Shown here piece by piece: positions 38,054 through 49,600 of a DNA stretch of 64,000 bases. How positions within the stretch are numbered: position 1 is the first letter of the stretch; each line of letters begins with the position of its first letter. The position numbers and the translations under genes are program-made. Origin of the DNA: Cytophaga sp. (lineage in GTDB: Bacteria > Bacteroidota > Bacteroidia > Cytophagales > Cytophagaceae); NCBI RefSeq assembly GCF_051961495.1, contig NZ_JBQCDF010000135.1, positions 1,372 to 65,371 on the forward strand, read 5' to 3'. The notes below the pieces were generated by a model that did no database searches, had not been told where the DNA came from, and was given only the letters and a program-made list of their open reading frames with translations.

Positions 38054-38962
38054 CTATTGATTATGAATGAATGCTGTAAATATGATCCCATAAATTTTAT
38101 ACCGCAGCTTTTTAGGCAACACAATAAAAATATTGTAATGATCTAACAGGTGCAGCCAGAAGGGATATTTAAAAATGGTATAAACCAGCTTTTGCAGTAG
38201 GCTGTTTTTATGATTCAGGATAGGATCATTTTCATACAAGTCTGGTTTTAACTGCGCGGCATACTTTCTGTTCTTCAGATAGGAACGGGATCGTGCGGCA
38301 TATTTCTGAAAAGTAAACGGATCTTTGTGTACACTCTCGGCATCATGGAGGTAATAAATCTTTGTGCCGTGCTGCTTTACGCGCAGCGCAAAATCATAAT
38401 CTTCAATATCCTTTAATAGTTCATCAAAACCATTCAGTGTATCAAAGTCTGATCGGGCTATGGAAAAATTTGCCGCAGATAAAATGGCCCACTCCGCGGG
38501 AAGGGCTTGCTGTTTGTAGGGTTCCAGGCTTTGGTTCCAGTTCTTATTCAGAAAATCTTTATACTGCACAATCTCTTTGTCACCCACAAGGGCAGGCTCA
38601 ATGATCTTGCCCATGGCAATGCACGAAGAGTGTTGTTGGTGAAATTGTATATGCTTCTCTATACATACAGGATCAAGAAGCATGTCGTCATCAAAAAAAA
38701 TCAACAGGGGTGTTTTTGCTTCGCGTGCTCCGGTATTACGGGCTCCGGCCCGACCCTTGTTTGTTTGCTCAATAAGCCGGAGCTCATTCAGCTTCCACCC
38801 AAACGATTGAATGTACTGCAGACTTCCATCCGTAGAACCATCAATCACAATAATGATTTCAAAGGCGGAGACCGTTTGTTTTTCCAGCGATTTCAATAAC
38901 TGTATTACTTTATCTTTACCATTAAAGGTGGGAATGATAACAGAAGCAAGTACATGTGTCAT
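38054..38962 (-). CDS. Glycosyltransferase family 2
   Basis: SVIIPTFN, VIDGSTDG, GARNTG, FFDDD (DxD), IEDYDF. Confidence 0.92.
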   Translation of the reverse strand: MTHVLASVIIPTFNGKDKVIQLLKSLEKQTVSAFEIIIVIDGSTDGSLQYIQSFGWKLNELRLIEQTNKGRAGARNTGAREAKTPLLIFFDDDMLLDPVCIEKHIQFHQQHSSCIAMGKIIEPALVGDKEIVQYKDFLNKNWNQSLEPYKQQALPAEWAILSAANFSIARSDFDTLNGFDELLKDIEDYDFALRVKQHGTKIYYLHDAESVHKDPFTFQKYAARSRSYLKNRKYAAQLKPDLYENDPILNHKNSLLQKLVYTIFKYPFWLHLLDHYNIFIVLPKKLRYKIYGIIFTAFIHNQ

Positions 38963-39117
38963 GAGAAAACCAGTAACATATTGATTTGCAAATACACAAA
39001 AAATAAATACTGAAACAAATTAATTCAATAAACTATATAAGTGCTTTTTTCAATTTGAGTTTGTCTGTGCATTGACGTACCTTGTACAATCATTTACAGA
39101 GAGAAATAACCGCCTTG

Positions 39118-40461
39118 AAAAAGTTTCTAAAATGGATGTTGGGTATTGTGATTGCCTTGTGTGTATTGGCGCTTTGTGTCTTTACAACGGTTGACCGCAC
39201 ACCTTATAAGGAAATGCCTTACTATACTTCCATGATGCAGCAAATAGATTCGTTCCATGTTTCAGCGGAAGAAAAAAAAGGAGATTCGCTGAAAGCGGCA
39301 TGGTCGAGGGTTGCATTAACACCGGCATCTTTTCCGCATCCGCTGGCAGGTTATGGCCTGCGCAAACCGGCCGTCTCTGTTAAGGATACCACCTATGTAC
39401 GTACATTCGTTTTTGACAATCGCAAAACACGTGTTGCCTATATCTGTCTTGATCTGTTAATTTTTCCACCGGATCTTAAAGATCAGGTGAGAGAACAACT
39501 GGAAAAAAAATATGCTCTGCATGTTTTCTTAACAGCTACACACACGCACAGCGCACCGGGCGGCTGGGAGCCCAAACTCGCAGGCAAAGTTCTTGCAGGT
39601 TCTTATTCGGAAGAGTATGTAGCAGTACTTTTTAATGCCATTGAAAAATCAATTGCTCAGGCATTGCCCAATCTGCAGCCGGTAGAACAGGCCTACATCC
39701 GCATATCGGCGCCTGAAGCGGTACACAACAGACTTAAAGGACCGACTGGTCCGGAAGATCCTTTTATTCGTGGTTTGAAATTCCGCAATGCACGTGGTGA
39801 AGAAGCTTGTCTGTTTACGTTTGCGGCACATGCCAATTGCCTGGAATCGGATATTGATTATATCTCAGGTGATTACCCGGCAAGGATTTCAAAAATACTG
39901 GAGAAAAAGGGATGGGCTTCTTTTGTTAGTTATGCAGCGGGCGCGGTAGGCAGCCATGGCCCTGCGTTTGCTGAAGTGAATAATGGTGAGAAAGAAGCCG
40001 ATAGCATGGCGGTTGTACTTTCGGAAAAACTGGCGCATGCAACGATTACCTATACAGCAGCAAATAATTTGTATTACCATCGTTTTCCCTTGTACCTGCG
40101 GGAACCGCACCTGCGTCTTGAAAAAAATATTCGTATCCGGCCATGGGTTTTCAGAGCATTGATTGGTGCTGACCAGCCCGATATACAATTGCTGCAATTA
40201 GGTGAAACGATCATCCTGGGCATGCCCTGTGATTATTCGGGCGAGCTGATGCCCCCGCTTGAACAGCTGTGTGAAAAGCAACACATGAATTTTATGCTGA
40301 GTGGTTTTAACGGCGGCTATATAGGTTACATTACAGATGACGCCTGTTACGACTGGCCGCGCGGCGAAACCATGGATATGAACTGGCATGGTCCGTATAA
40401 TGCGGCTTATCTTACGGAAGTGAATACGGCTATTTTAAAGAAGGTGGTTCATAGCCGGTAA
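39118..40461 (+). CDS. Neutral/alkaline ceramidase-superfamily amidohydrolase with N-terminal membrane anchor
   Basis: PLAGYG, ATHTHSAPG, FAAHA, SGDYP, PCDYSGE, GYIGY motifs; start uncertain (TTG 39082/39118 or ATG 39136). Confidence 0.75.
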   Translation, partial: KKFLKWMLGIVIALCVLALCVFTTVDRTPYKEMPYYTSMMQQIDSFHVSAEEKKGDSLKAAWSRVALTPASFPHPLAGYGLRKPAVSVKDTTYVRTFVFDNRKTRVAYICLDLLIFPPDLKDQVREQLEKKYALHVFLTATHTHSAPGGWEPKLAGKVLAGSYSEEYVAVLFNAIEKSIAQALPNLQPVEQAYIRISAPEAVHNRLKGPTGPEDPFIRGLKFRNARGEEACLFTFAAHANCLESDIDYISGDYPARISKILEKKGWASFVSYAAGAVGSHGPAFAEVNNGEKEADSMAVVLSEKLAHATITYTAANNLYYHRFPLYLREPHLRLEKNIRIRPWVFRALIGADQPDIQLLQLGETIILGMPCDYSGELMPPLEQLCEKQHMNFMLSGFNGGYIGYITDDACYDWPRGETMDMNWHGPYNAAYLTEVNTAILKKVVHSR

Positions 40462-40505
40462 TTTTTCCGGGCCCCGGTGAGAGTGACGACCGAACTTCTT
40501 TCCGC

Positions 40506-40530
40506 GGTCTGTGTGCCACAGACCACGGTG
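40506..40530. repeat. REP-like palindrome, copy 2
   Basis: GGTCTGTG-tgc-CACAGACCACGGTG. Confidence 0.65.
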
Positions 40531-40541
40531 AGAAATTTTTT

Positions 40542-40565
40542 TTTGGAATTTGTTATTTGATTTTT
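40542..40565 (-). repeat. AAATTCC-family repeat copy
   Basis: Reverse complement AAAATCAAATAACAAATTCCAAA. Confidence 0.55.
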
Positions 40566-40620
40566 TCCAATGGCCTGTATCTTTTTTTCTTTTCTGCATT
40601 ATGTCAGAAAAAGAACATTC

Positions 40621-41403
40621 ATGAAAAACTTTTTCGTGCTGCTGGTACTATGCATAAGCTGCAATGCTCCGGCCCAAACAGACCATACAGCTGCGCATAA
40701 AGCAGCAGATACACTGGCAGCTAAGCCAATCGCTTATGCGCCGATACTGAAGCAGAATATTCCGGATTCGTCTGACAGTAATTTTTTAATTTTATATCAG
40801 AAATTAAAAACGAAAATTACATCAAAGCGGACACAGCTCTATCAATGCTATCTCTCCGCTGCTTCACAAACCGCCAGGAAACAGGCGCTTGACTCTGCAC
40901 GGATATTTTTACATGCCGCCCTCGTAAATAATGTTTTTCCATTCTGGTATGGCACCGCCTGGGATTTTAATGGTACCAGCAATGAGCCGCAACGCGGACA
41001 AATAGCCTGCGGATATTTTGTTTCAACTACCTTAAAACATGCAGGCTGTAACCTGAACCGGTATAAAGTCGCCCAGCAATATTCGCATTCGATTGTTAAA
41101 ACGCTTTGTTCGGATGTAAAGCGGATCACATCGGTTGATGAGCTCATTGCTTACGTTTCAGGCATGCCTGATCAGCTCTACGTTGTAGGACTTGATAATC
41201 ACGTAGGTTTTATTTCAAAAAAGGATAATGAAGTAACGTTTATCCATTCAACGTTTGTGGGAGATGTGTGTGTAATTTCTGAACGAGCAGAGACATCTCC
41301 GGTATTAAAAAATTCGAACGTATATGTGACGGGAAGTTTAACGGCGAATGATACCCTGGTGCTGAACTGGCTGACGAACGCTTCGATAGCGGTTATTTAT
41401 TAA
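40621..41403 (+). CDS. Putative lipoprotein with papain/NlpC-P60-like Cys-His domain
   Basis: Signal MKNFFVLLVLCIS-C; WYGTAWDFNG, IACGYFV (Cys), DNHVGF (His), FIHS. Confidence 0.55.
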   Translation: MKNFFVLLVLCISCNAPAQTDHTAAHKAADTLAAKPIAYAPILKQNIPDSSDSNFLILYQKLKTKITSKRTQLYQCYLSAASQTARKQALDSARIFLHAALVNNVFPFWYGTAWDFNGTSNEPQRGQIACGYFVSTTLKHAGCNLNRYKVAQQYSHSIVKTLCSDVKRITSVDELIAYVSGMPDQLYVVGLDNHVGFISKKDNEVTFIHSTFVGDVCVISERAETSPVLKNSNVYVTGSLTANDTLVLNWLTNASIAVIY

Positions 41404-42713
41404 TCAAGCGGACTGTCGGCGGCAAGCGGGAATTCTTTGGAATCTTTCAGATCCGGAATGACAATGGTAAAAATAGAACCGACCCCTTTTTCAGACCAAA
41501 CGGTGATAGAACCTTTGATTTTACTAATGGCTTCTTTGGTAATGTACAAGCCAAGTCCGCTGCCTTTGGTCTTTTCATCAGTCTTAAAGAACATGTCAAA
41601 AATCTTTTCCATGTATTCTTTATTGATACCCACGCCGTTATCGGTAATGGATACTTCTATGGAAGGGTAGTTATTTTTTACACGAATATGAATCGTTTTA
41701 TCCAGTATGTTCGGCTTGGCATAACGGAAGGCATTTGAAATAATGTTATTCAGGATCATGCGTAAGCGATTCTTATCCGTATAGATTTCGCCATCGTATT
41801 CGCACTCTACAACAACTTTAACATTCTCATTGTAGATGGAATTCATTTCAATGGAATTGTAGATCTCGTCTTTGATGGAAAGGGGTGAGATTTCTACGCC
41901 TAATCGGTTGTTCTTTAAATAATTCAGAATATCATAAATAAAGTTGTCAAGCCTGCGCAGGCAGGCTTCTTTCAATATTTCATAATACCTTAATTTTTCC
42001 TGGTCCGTTTCCAGTTTACTGATCTCAATGAGCCCCAGGGCTGAAGCGATCGGTGCACGCAAGTCGTGACTGATGCTGTACACCAGATGATCCATTTCAC
42101 TATTTGTTTTCAGCAACTCAGCGTTTTTATTTTCAATTTTTGATTTTGAAATCAAAATCAGTTTTTGAGAGATCGAATGATCGCGGATGATGAACCATGC
42201 AAAGAAACCGCATTGTGATAAAGCACATAAAAAATTGATCTTGCCATTGGTGTTTGTAAAGCCTTCGGCCAATTGCCTGGTGGCTTCAGTTGCAGGCTGG
42301 TTTACAAAAAGCAAATAAGAGCAGAGTGTAATAGGCAGGAACATATGAAACAGAATAAGCACAATATTTCTGTTATCGATAATAAAAGGAATACCAATCA
42401 GCAGGGGCATATAAAAGCAAAATACCAATGAAGACAAGCCCGTCTGAATGCACTGCACGAATACAAGAAAAGAAACCGTCAGGACGATTAGATTAGCAGC
42501 TATGTTGGTATGTCCTTTTTTATTTAAAAAAAAGCAAAAAGCAAAAATGACAAGAATAAGCGATACCATTAATAAAGTATCAGTAACCCAATAAATAATT
42601 TCAGGAATGGTTGCAACAAAAACAATGAATGAAGCCCCTTTAATCAGATAATCCAAAAGCCGTTGACGCTTTTTGTAACTCTCTATTATCGGGTCTTTGA
42701 AAGTTGTTTCCAA
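41400..42713 (-). CDS. Membrane sensor histidine kinase
   Basis: About 6 TM helices; SHDLRAP H-box, NIISNA, DNGVGI, GSGLGL. Confidence 0.9.
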   Translation of the reverse strand: METTFKDPIIESYKKRQRLLDYLIKGASFIVFVATIPEIIYWVTDTLLMVSLILVIFAFCFFLNKKGHTNIAANLIVLTVSFLVFVQCIQTGLSSLVFCFYMPLLIGIPFIIDNRNIVLILFHMFLPITLCSYLLFVNQPATEATRQLAEGFTNTNGKINFLCALSQCGFFAWFIIRDHSISQKLILISKSKIENKNAELLKTNSEMDHLVYSISHDLRAPIASALGLIEISKLETDQEKLRYYEILKEACLRRLDNFIYDILNYLKNNRLGVEISPLSIKDEIYNSIEMNSIYNENVKVVVECEYDGEIYTDKNRLRMILNNIISNAFRYAKPNILDKTIHIRVKNNYPSIEVSITDNGVGINKEYMEKIFDMFFKTDEKTKGSGLGLYITKEAISKIKGSITVWSEKGVGSIFTIVIPDLKDSKEFPLAADSPLD

Positions 42714-42775
42714 GGTAGATCAGATTAAAAATTATGTTCTCTAAGTTCAACAAACTTTTTTACATCTCCAACCTT

Positions 42776-45700
42776 TTACCGTGATACAATTGCGGGGATT
42801 TGCATTTCCTTCAGCAAATGCAAAGCTTTTTCAATAGATTTAATATCAGAGATAATAAGAATTAACTTTTTGTTGATCTCTTTCATTTTACAAATGTTAT
42901 GGTGTGACTGAACATATGTTAAGATATTACCAAATACATCTGAAGTATAATAGCTTGTGCGCTCTGATGGTACAAACTGACAACGCATCACATCACTTTT
43001 GATGGTTAGTTTTTCAAAGCCTAATTCCTGTGCGAGCCAACGTAGCCTGATGGTTTCTGTAAGGTCAATTACTTCTTTAGGCAACGGTCCGAACCGGTCT
43101 TTTAATGAACTTACGAAGCCTGCCAGTTCATCTTCATTTTTAATATTATCAATGGTAGAATATAATGAAAGTCTTTCAGAAATATTGTTCACATAATTTT
43201 CAGGAATGAGAATCGACAGATCGGTTTCGATCACACAATCCTGAACAAGATTTTTTAAACGCTGCTGATCCAGTTCATCTTTGAACAAATCAGCAAATTC
43301 AGTTTCCTTTAACTCCTGAATGGCTTCATCTAAAATTTTATGATACATGTCAAAACCCAGGTCGGTTATAAAGCCGCTTTGTTCAGCGCCCAGCATGTTA
43401 CCGGCACCGCGGATATCCAGGTCGCGCATGGCAACCTTAAAGCCGTCGCCCAGGTCTGAGAATTCTTCCAGCACACTCAGGCGTTTTCTGGAATCACCTG
43501 TTAAAGCGGATACTGAAGGTGTCAGCAGATAGCAGAACGCTTTTTTATTGCTTCGCCCTACCCGGCCGCGCATCTGGTGCAAGTCAGACAAACCAAACAT
43601 ATGTGCGCCGTTGATAATGATGGTGTTGGCATTTGGTATATCCAAACCAGACTCGATAATATTTGTTGATACAAGAACATCGTACTCGCCTTCCACAAAT
43701 TTCAGCATCACTTCTTCCAGCTTATCACCTTCCATTTGTCCGTGGGCAAATGTAACACGCGCATCCGGTACAAGTTTCTTGATCAGGAATGCCATGCCTT
43801 CAATGTCCTTCACGCGGTTGTATACAAAGAATACCTGTCCGCCACGTTTTAATTCAAATGAAACAGCATCACGGATAAAGGCTTCATCAAATACATGAAT
43901 CTCTGTGGTAACGGGCTGTCTGTTTGGTGGTGGTGTAGCGATGATTGAAAGGTCACGAGCACCCATCAGCGAAAAATGCAGTGTTCTTGGTATTGGTGTT
44001 GCGGTAAGCGTAAGTGTATCAATATTGATTTTAAATTCCCGTAGCTTTTCCTTTACCTTCACGCCAAACTTCTGTTCTTCGTCTATGATCAGTAAACCTA
44101 CGTTTTGGAATTCAACATCTTTGCTGATCGCGCGTTGTGTACCGATCAGGATATTGGTCTTACCTTCTTTTACCCGTTTCAGTGTTTCCTTTACCTGGCC
44201 GGCAGTCTTAAAGCGGTTGATGTATTCAACCACACAAGGGAAGCGCGACAAGCGGTCTCTGAAGGTTTTGTAATGCTGCATGGCCAGAATGGTTGTTGGT
44301 ACCAGAACAGCAACCTGTTTACCATCACACACCGCTTTGAAGGCCGCACGTACAGCAATTTCTGTTTTACCAAAGCCAACATCTCCGCACACCAGTCTGT
44401 CCATAGGGTGTGGAGACTCCATGTCTTTTTTTACATCCGCAGTAGCCTTGGTCTGGTCGGGTGTATCTTCATACATGAAAGAAGATTCCAGCTCTACCTG
44501 CAGGAAAGAATCAGGAGAGTAAGCAAAGCCCGGTGCCGCTTTACGCTTGGCGTACAGCTGGATCAATTCTTTGGCAATGTCTTTTACCTGGCGCTTGACT
44601 TTTCCTTTTTTGTTTTCCCAGTCACCTGAACCAAGCTTGGACATAACAGGCATTTGTCCGTCTTTACCGCTATACCTCGAAATTTTGTGTAAGGCGTGAA
44701 TGGATACAACCATCAGGTCATCATCGCGGAATACCAGTCGGATGGCTTCCTGCACATGGCCATTGTTTTCAATCCGTTCCAGGCCCGCAAAGCGTGCAAT
44801 ACCAAAATCCGCATGGGCAACAAAATCGCCCGGCTGCAGGGTACGCAATTCTTTTAAGGTAATGGATTTTGATTTTGAATACCGTTCTTTCGTTTTGTAT
44901 TTATGAAAACGGTCGAAGATCTGGTGATCGGTATAGCAGAGTATGTTGCGTTGCAGATCTATAAATCCTTCACGCAGCGAAATATTCAGTTCATCGAAAC
45001 GGATATACGGATCAAGCTCTTCTAATATAGAATGGATACGCTGGATCTGCTGATGCGATTCGGACGCAATGATGATCTTGTAGCCCTGGTTTACACGCAG
45101 GCGCAAATCATCTAACAATAGGTTGAATTCTTTATTGAAGGATGGTTGCGGTTTTGCCTCGAATTCAAAACGTTCGTTATTGGGTAAGTAGGTTTGTGAA
45201 CCAAATTCTATGATTGAAAACGCGGCGATACTTTTTTCAAAAGATGTTTTATCTTCAAACAAGGCGTCGGGAGATGTGATCAGCGCGCTGCTGCCGCTTG
45301 ACGCAAGTATCGTGTCAAATTGAACTTCAACTTTTGAAAATGATTCTTCAATGATCTCACAGGTAAGTGCGTAATCTTTTATCCAGATCGCCGCGTCGGA
45401 AGGAAGAAAGGTAAAGAGTGCTTCACGTTCTTCTTTCAGCAGGCGTGTCTGTACGTTAGGTGTTATAGATAAAACAGGGATTGTATCTACGGAGAGCTGC
45501 GATTCGGGGTTGAATGTTCGGATGCTTTCGATTTCATCCCCAAACAATTCGATGCGGTAAGGAAGCTCGTTCGAATAAGAAAAGATATCGATGATCCCGC
45601 CGCGGATGGCATACTGCCCGGCTTCATAGGCAAAGTCGTTGCGCTCAAAGGAATAGCTTTGTAAAAACTCTTCCATGAATTCGCGATTAAGCTTTTCGCC

Positions 45701-46144
45701 AACTTTTGCAATGAAAGTATTTTCAACCAGCGAGCGTTTGTTGATTACTTTTTCAGAAAGTGCCAGGGGATAGGTAACAATGAAACAAGGCTTGTCCTGG
45801 TTGTTGACAATATAGTTGAGTGTTTCGGCACGTTGTAAAATATTTGCATTTTCAACCTGCTCATAGTGATATGGCTTTTTATAAGAGGCCGGAAAAACAA
45901 AAACCGGCTGTCCTAATAATTGCTGCAGATCGTTTTGGAAAAAATAAGCTTCGTCTTTATCATTTAAAATAAAGAGATGCGACCGCTTGTCTGTTTTGGA
46001 AATCGCAGCAGCAGTAACAGCATCCAGACTGCCGGATAGTCCTTTTAAAAAGAGATTGTTAATACCCCTTTCCTGAAGCTTTTGCTTCAGTAGCTGGAAA
46101 TGAGAGTCGTTCTCATAAACACTCAACAGCTCAGTAACCTTCAA
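42776..46144 (-). CDS. mfd: Transcription-repair coupling factor
   Basis: UvrB-like N-terminus (RGGIIDIF), RID, CGDVGFGKT, IDEEQKFG, TATPIPRT, QMRGRVGR, TRG RDLDIRGAGN. Likely TTG start at 46144. Confidence 0.97.
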   Translation of the reverse strand: MKVTELLSVYENDSHFQLLKQKLQERGINNLFLKGLSGSLDAVTAAAISKTDKRSHLFILNDKDEAYFFQNDLQQLLGQPVFVFPASYKKPYHYEQVENANILQRAETLNYIVNNQDKPCFIVTYPLALSEKVINKRSLVENTFIAKVGEKLNREFMEEFLQSYSFERNDFAYEAGQYAIRGGIIDIFSYSNELPYRIELFGDEIESIRTFNPESQLSVDTIPVLSITPNVQTRLLKEEREALFTFLPSDAAIWIKDYALTCEIIEESFSKVEVQFDTILASSGSSALITSPDALFEDKTSFEKSIAAFSIIEFGSQTYLPNNERFEFEAKPQPSFNKEFNLLLDDLRLRVNQGYKIIIASESHQQIQRIHSILEELDPYIRFDELNISLREGFIDLQRNILCYTDHQIFDRFHKYKTKERYSKSKSITLKELRTLQPGDFVAHADFGIARFAGLERIENNGHVQEAIRLVFRDDDLMVVSIHALHKISRYSGKDGQMPVMSKLGSGDWENKKGKVKRQVKDIAKELIQLYAKRKAAPGFAYSPDSFLQVELESSFMYEDTPDQTKATADVKKDMESPHPMDRLVCGDVGFGKTEIAVRAAFKAVCDGKQVAVLVPTTILAMQHYKTFRDRLSRFPCVVEYINRFKTAGQVKETLKRVKEGKTNILIGTQRAISKDVEFQNVGLLIIDEEQKFGVKVKEKLREFKINIDTLTLTATPIPRTLHFSLMGARDLSIIATPPPNRQPVTTEIHVFDEAFIRDAVSFELKRGGQVFFVYNRVKDIEGMAFLIKKLVPDARVTFAHGQMEGDKLEEVMLKFVEGEYDVLVSTNIIESGLDIPNANTIIINGAHMFGLSDLHQMRGRVGRSNKKAFCYLLTPSVSALTGDSRKRLSVLEEFSDLGDGFKVAMRDLDIRGAGNMLGAEQSGFITDLGFDMYHKILDEAIQELKETEFADLFKDELDQQRLKNLVQDCVIETDLSILIPENYVNNISERLSLYSTIDNIKNEDELAGFVSSLKDRFGPLPKEVIDLTETIRLRWLAQELGFEKLTIKSDVMRCQFVPSERTSYYTSDVFGNILTYVQSHHNICKMKEINKKLILIISDIKSIEKALHLLKEMQIPAIVSR

Positions 46145-46166
46145 AACGGGAATGCTAGTTTGAACA

Positions 46167-46174
46167 CAAAAATA
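46167..46174 (-). promoter_or_regulatory. Bacteroidota -7 promoter box for mfd
   Basis: CAAAAATA on + = TATTTTTG on minus, about 23 nt upstream of TTG 46144; supports the shorter start. Confidence 0.55.
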
Positions 46175-46655
46175 CAATAAATAAGGGCTAAACGGAAGAT
46201 GTTTTTGCAAGGAAAAGTTCAAAAAGCTATACCTCTTCGCCGCCGGGAACTAAGCACCGGATGGGTTAATCTATGAAAAGTGGGAAGCGATAAATTAATA
46301 AGAAGGAATGATATTATGATGAAACCGCGAAAGAATTTTTAATTGTTTAAATAGGATTTTATAAAGAACACTTTGATCGAACTTCATATAAAGTGAAAAT
46401 AGCATGTTCAAACTTACATGTATCATGAAAATATGTTATTAGGTTATAAGCATACTTAGAAATAGGTGCTTTAGAAATAAATAACTGTTAAATAACTAAT
46501 TATAATTTATTACATAAAGAGGCATGGTATTTTTCAACATATTTTGTTCATAGATCTAAAAAAATTGGGTATAATATCATACATTTGTATTTAATTCATA
46601 AACTATAATTTTAATACAGGCCTTCGAACGTGCCTTATTTTAATCAAAAACACGA

Positions 46656-49600
46656 ATGAATTTTACTACTGGTTCAATGCTGTTATTGCGTTTTTTTACT
46701 TTTGATAATAAAGCGGAATATATTCTCAAAGTTGCAATAATCTTATTTGTTTGTTTTTCATCAAACATCTCCTCAGCCCAGATAAATGCATTAGCAAAAA
46801 CGCAGCGCACGCTTTCTTCTGCGCAGACTGTAGTAAGTAAGGCCCAGGATTATGTTGGTATCATCGATGGCGCTGTTCAGAAAGTAAAAGACAATAATCT
46901 TTATAAAGCATTAGTCGACGGTAAAGAATTTACTTTTCCAATAGCGATTATTCCGCCTTCGGGAGATAAGAACTATGCGATCGTGATCAACAAAGTTTTT
47001 ATGGATCCGGATGGCATGTATGCGGAAGTATTTTTGAAAGTTCCTGTTTCATCAGATAAACAATTATATTTTTTAGCGGACCGTGTGCCGTATAGCCGTA
47101 CAGGAGGTTTTGCGGGTGACCTGAAATTGTATTTATTAAAAACAGATTCCTTTCAGGTTGGTAAGGGATATAATGTACAGTTTGACGGATTAGAGAAAGC
47201 TGGCGAAGACAAAAGCTGTTCAGTAACATTTAACTGTAAGGGATTTAAAGAAGCTACACTGGCAGGTGCAATCAACTTTGATCAGAGAACCATTGTAACA
47301 GATCAGGATACCAAAGGGAAATTGTCTGTCTTGTATTATGTAAACGTAGACAAGTTTTCAAACTTAATTATTCAGGTAGATCAGATACCGACATTTGAGT
47401 TTACAAACCTGCCGGGTTTTAAATGCTCTGTGCCCAAATTTACACTTGATCACAGTGATCTGAAAAATGCTCCGTCCTTTACATTACCAACCTGGTACAA
47501 AGATTCAGTAACAGCGATCATTAATAAAAACAGCGGCGGCGCTGCTGCAGACTTATCTACGAGTAATGCCGTTGATGGTCCGCAGTGGCAGGGCATCTAT
47601 ATACCCAGTATTACCATTGACATACCGAAGGCCTTTAAGGAAAAAAGTCCGAATGAGGTTGTAGTCATTGATTCAAGAGATCTTATCATTGATGGGAACG
47701 GGTTTACCGCGCTTACAAGTGCGAAAGGAAAAAACAACACACCTTTTTATGACGGAACAATCAAGAGCTGGGAATACCGGATTGATTCACTGCGCCTGAA
47801 TTTAATTGCGAGCAGCCTTTCTTCAGCGGGTTTTTATGGAGGTATAACATTGCCGATCAGTAAAAAAGAAACGCAGGTAGACTTCGGACTTTTACTGACA
47901 AAGAATATTGCCGACAGCGACATCCGTTATTCCGGTTATGTGGGAGTTGGTACGATTGACGCGCAGGCATTCGGCGTCGCTAAAATACGACTGGATCATA
48001 CACTAATAAATTTTAATTACTACCAGAAACAATTTACACCTACTGTAACCATAACAGGTAACCTGCGGCTTACTCCTAAGAAAAAAGGTGAATCCGATGG
48101 TGCCAAACCTACGGCAGGCTTTGGATTGGATTTTGCAAACTTAGTGATTGGTTCCAAAGCTCCTTATATAAGCATTGATACAGCCAATGGCGGTTATTGC
48201 CAGATGTCTTCCTCCGGACAGGCTTTGTCTAATTTCCCTGTTAAGATTACCGCTGCAAAACTTATTACCGAACCGGGTGGTCAACGTTTGGGCTTGAGAA
48301 TAACGCTGGTTGTTCAGTTCCAGAAATCCGGCAGCGGAGACTCGGCACCACCTGCAGCTACAGCCAGTACAGGAACAGCTCCTAGCTCACCTCCGCCTGC
48401 GGCTCCTGCAGCACAGTCAAGTGAAACCGGCGGTGATGGTTTTGGCGGTACTGCAACATTTACCATATGGACAAAACGGAATGCTTCTACAGGTAAGTGG
48501 GAATATGATGATTTTTCTCTGGACAAGATCGTTATCAAAGTTGACAACGATGCCTTTAAACTATATGGAGAGCTAACAAACTTCAAAAACGCTAAAGTAT
48601 ATGGAACAGGTTTCTGCGGATATATAAGCCTGACCATCATGAAAGGTAAACTGAAAGTAGAAGTGGCCGCTATCTTTGGAAGAACAGGAAATGAAGCCGT
48701 ACCGGATATTAATACAAACATAAATCCTGCGGCATTGACTGATGCCACCGACAGTTACCGATACTGGTTTGTAGATGCGGGTGTTACACTGCCGGTGATT
48801 CCGGTAGGGCCGTTTGTCGGGATCAACGGCTTTACAGGGGGATTGTATCACCACATGGCTATGCAGACACCAACGAGTCCGGCTCCGGATACGGACGTAG
48901 AATGTAAAACAACTTCGGGATTATACTACCTTCCGGATGATGGTGTCCATCTAGGTTTACTTGCTGGTATTGGTCTGCAGTCTGTGCCTACTGATGCAGT
49001 ATTTAATGGTAAGATCAACCTTGGTATGGAATTTAACAACAGTGGTGGTTTGCTTACATTCTCATTCTTCGGGGAAGTTACTATTTTAACACCTCCGGTA
49101 CAGGCCCCTGCAGTAGCGGATATGAAAGGGAAAATGCAGCCTGATAAACTGAGTGGTCTGTCAACACCAGCGAACCAGAAAGCAATTAAAGATGAAAAGC
49201 CATCAGAGTCGACCGGTTCTGTAAGAGTAAAATGGTTTACACAATATGATTTCAGAACAGAGACCTTCATCGGGGATTTTGATGTTTTTGTAGATGTAGC
49301 AAGTGTTGTTAAAGGTGGAGGCCCTGATAACAGGGCGGCACATATTGCTGTCTTATTCTCTCCTCAAGGAAAGTATGTATACATGGGAACTCCGTCAGAT
49401 CCTGCTTCCATTGAAGTAATTGATCTGTTCGAATGCCAGGCATATTTCTGTGCGGGGAACGTATTGCCAAAACCACCGATCATGCCGTTGCCAGACGAGT
49501 TTGGTCCGGCACCAATCGATTACAATGCGATGGAAACCGGAGCAGGTCTTTCTTTTGGAGCGCGTGTAAGCATTGATGGTAAATTTGGTGGTAGTGCTGA

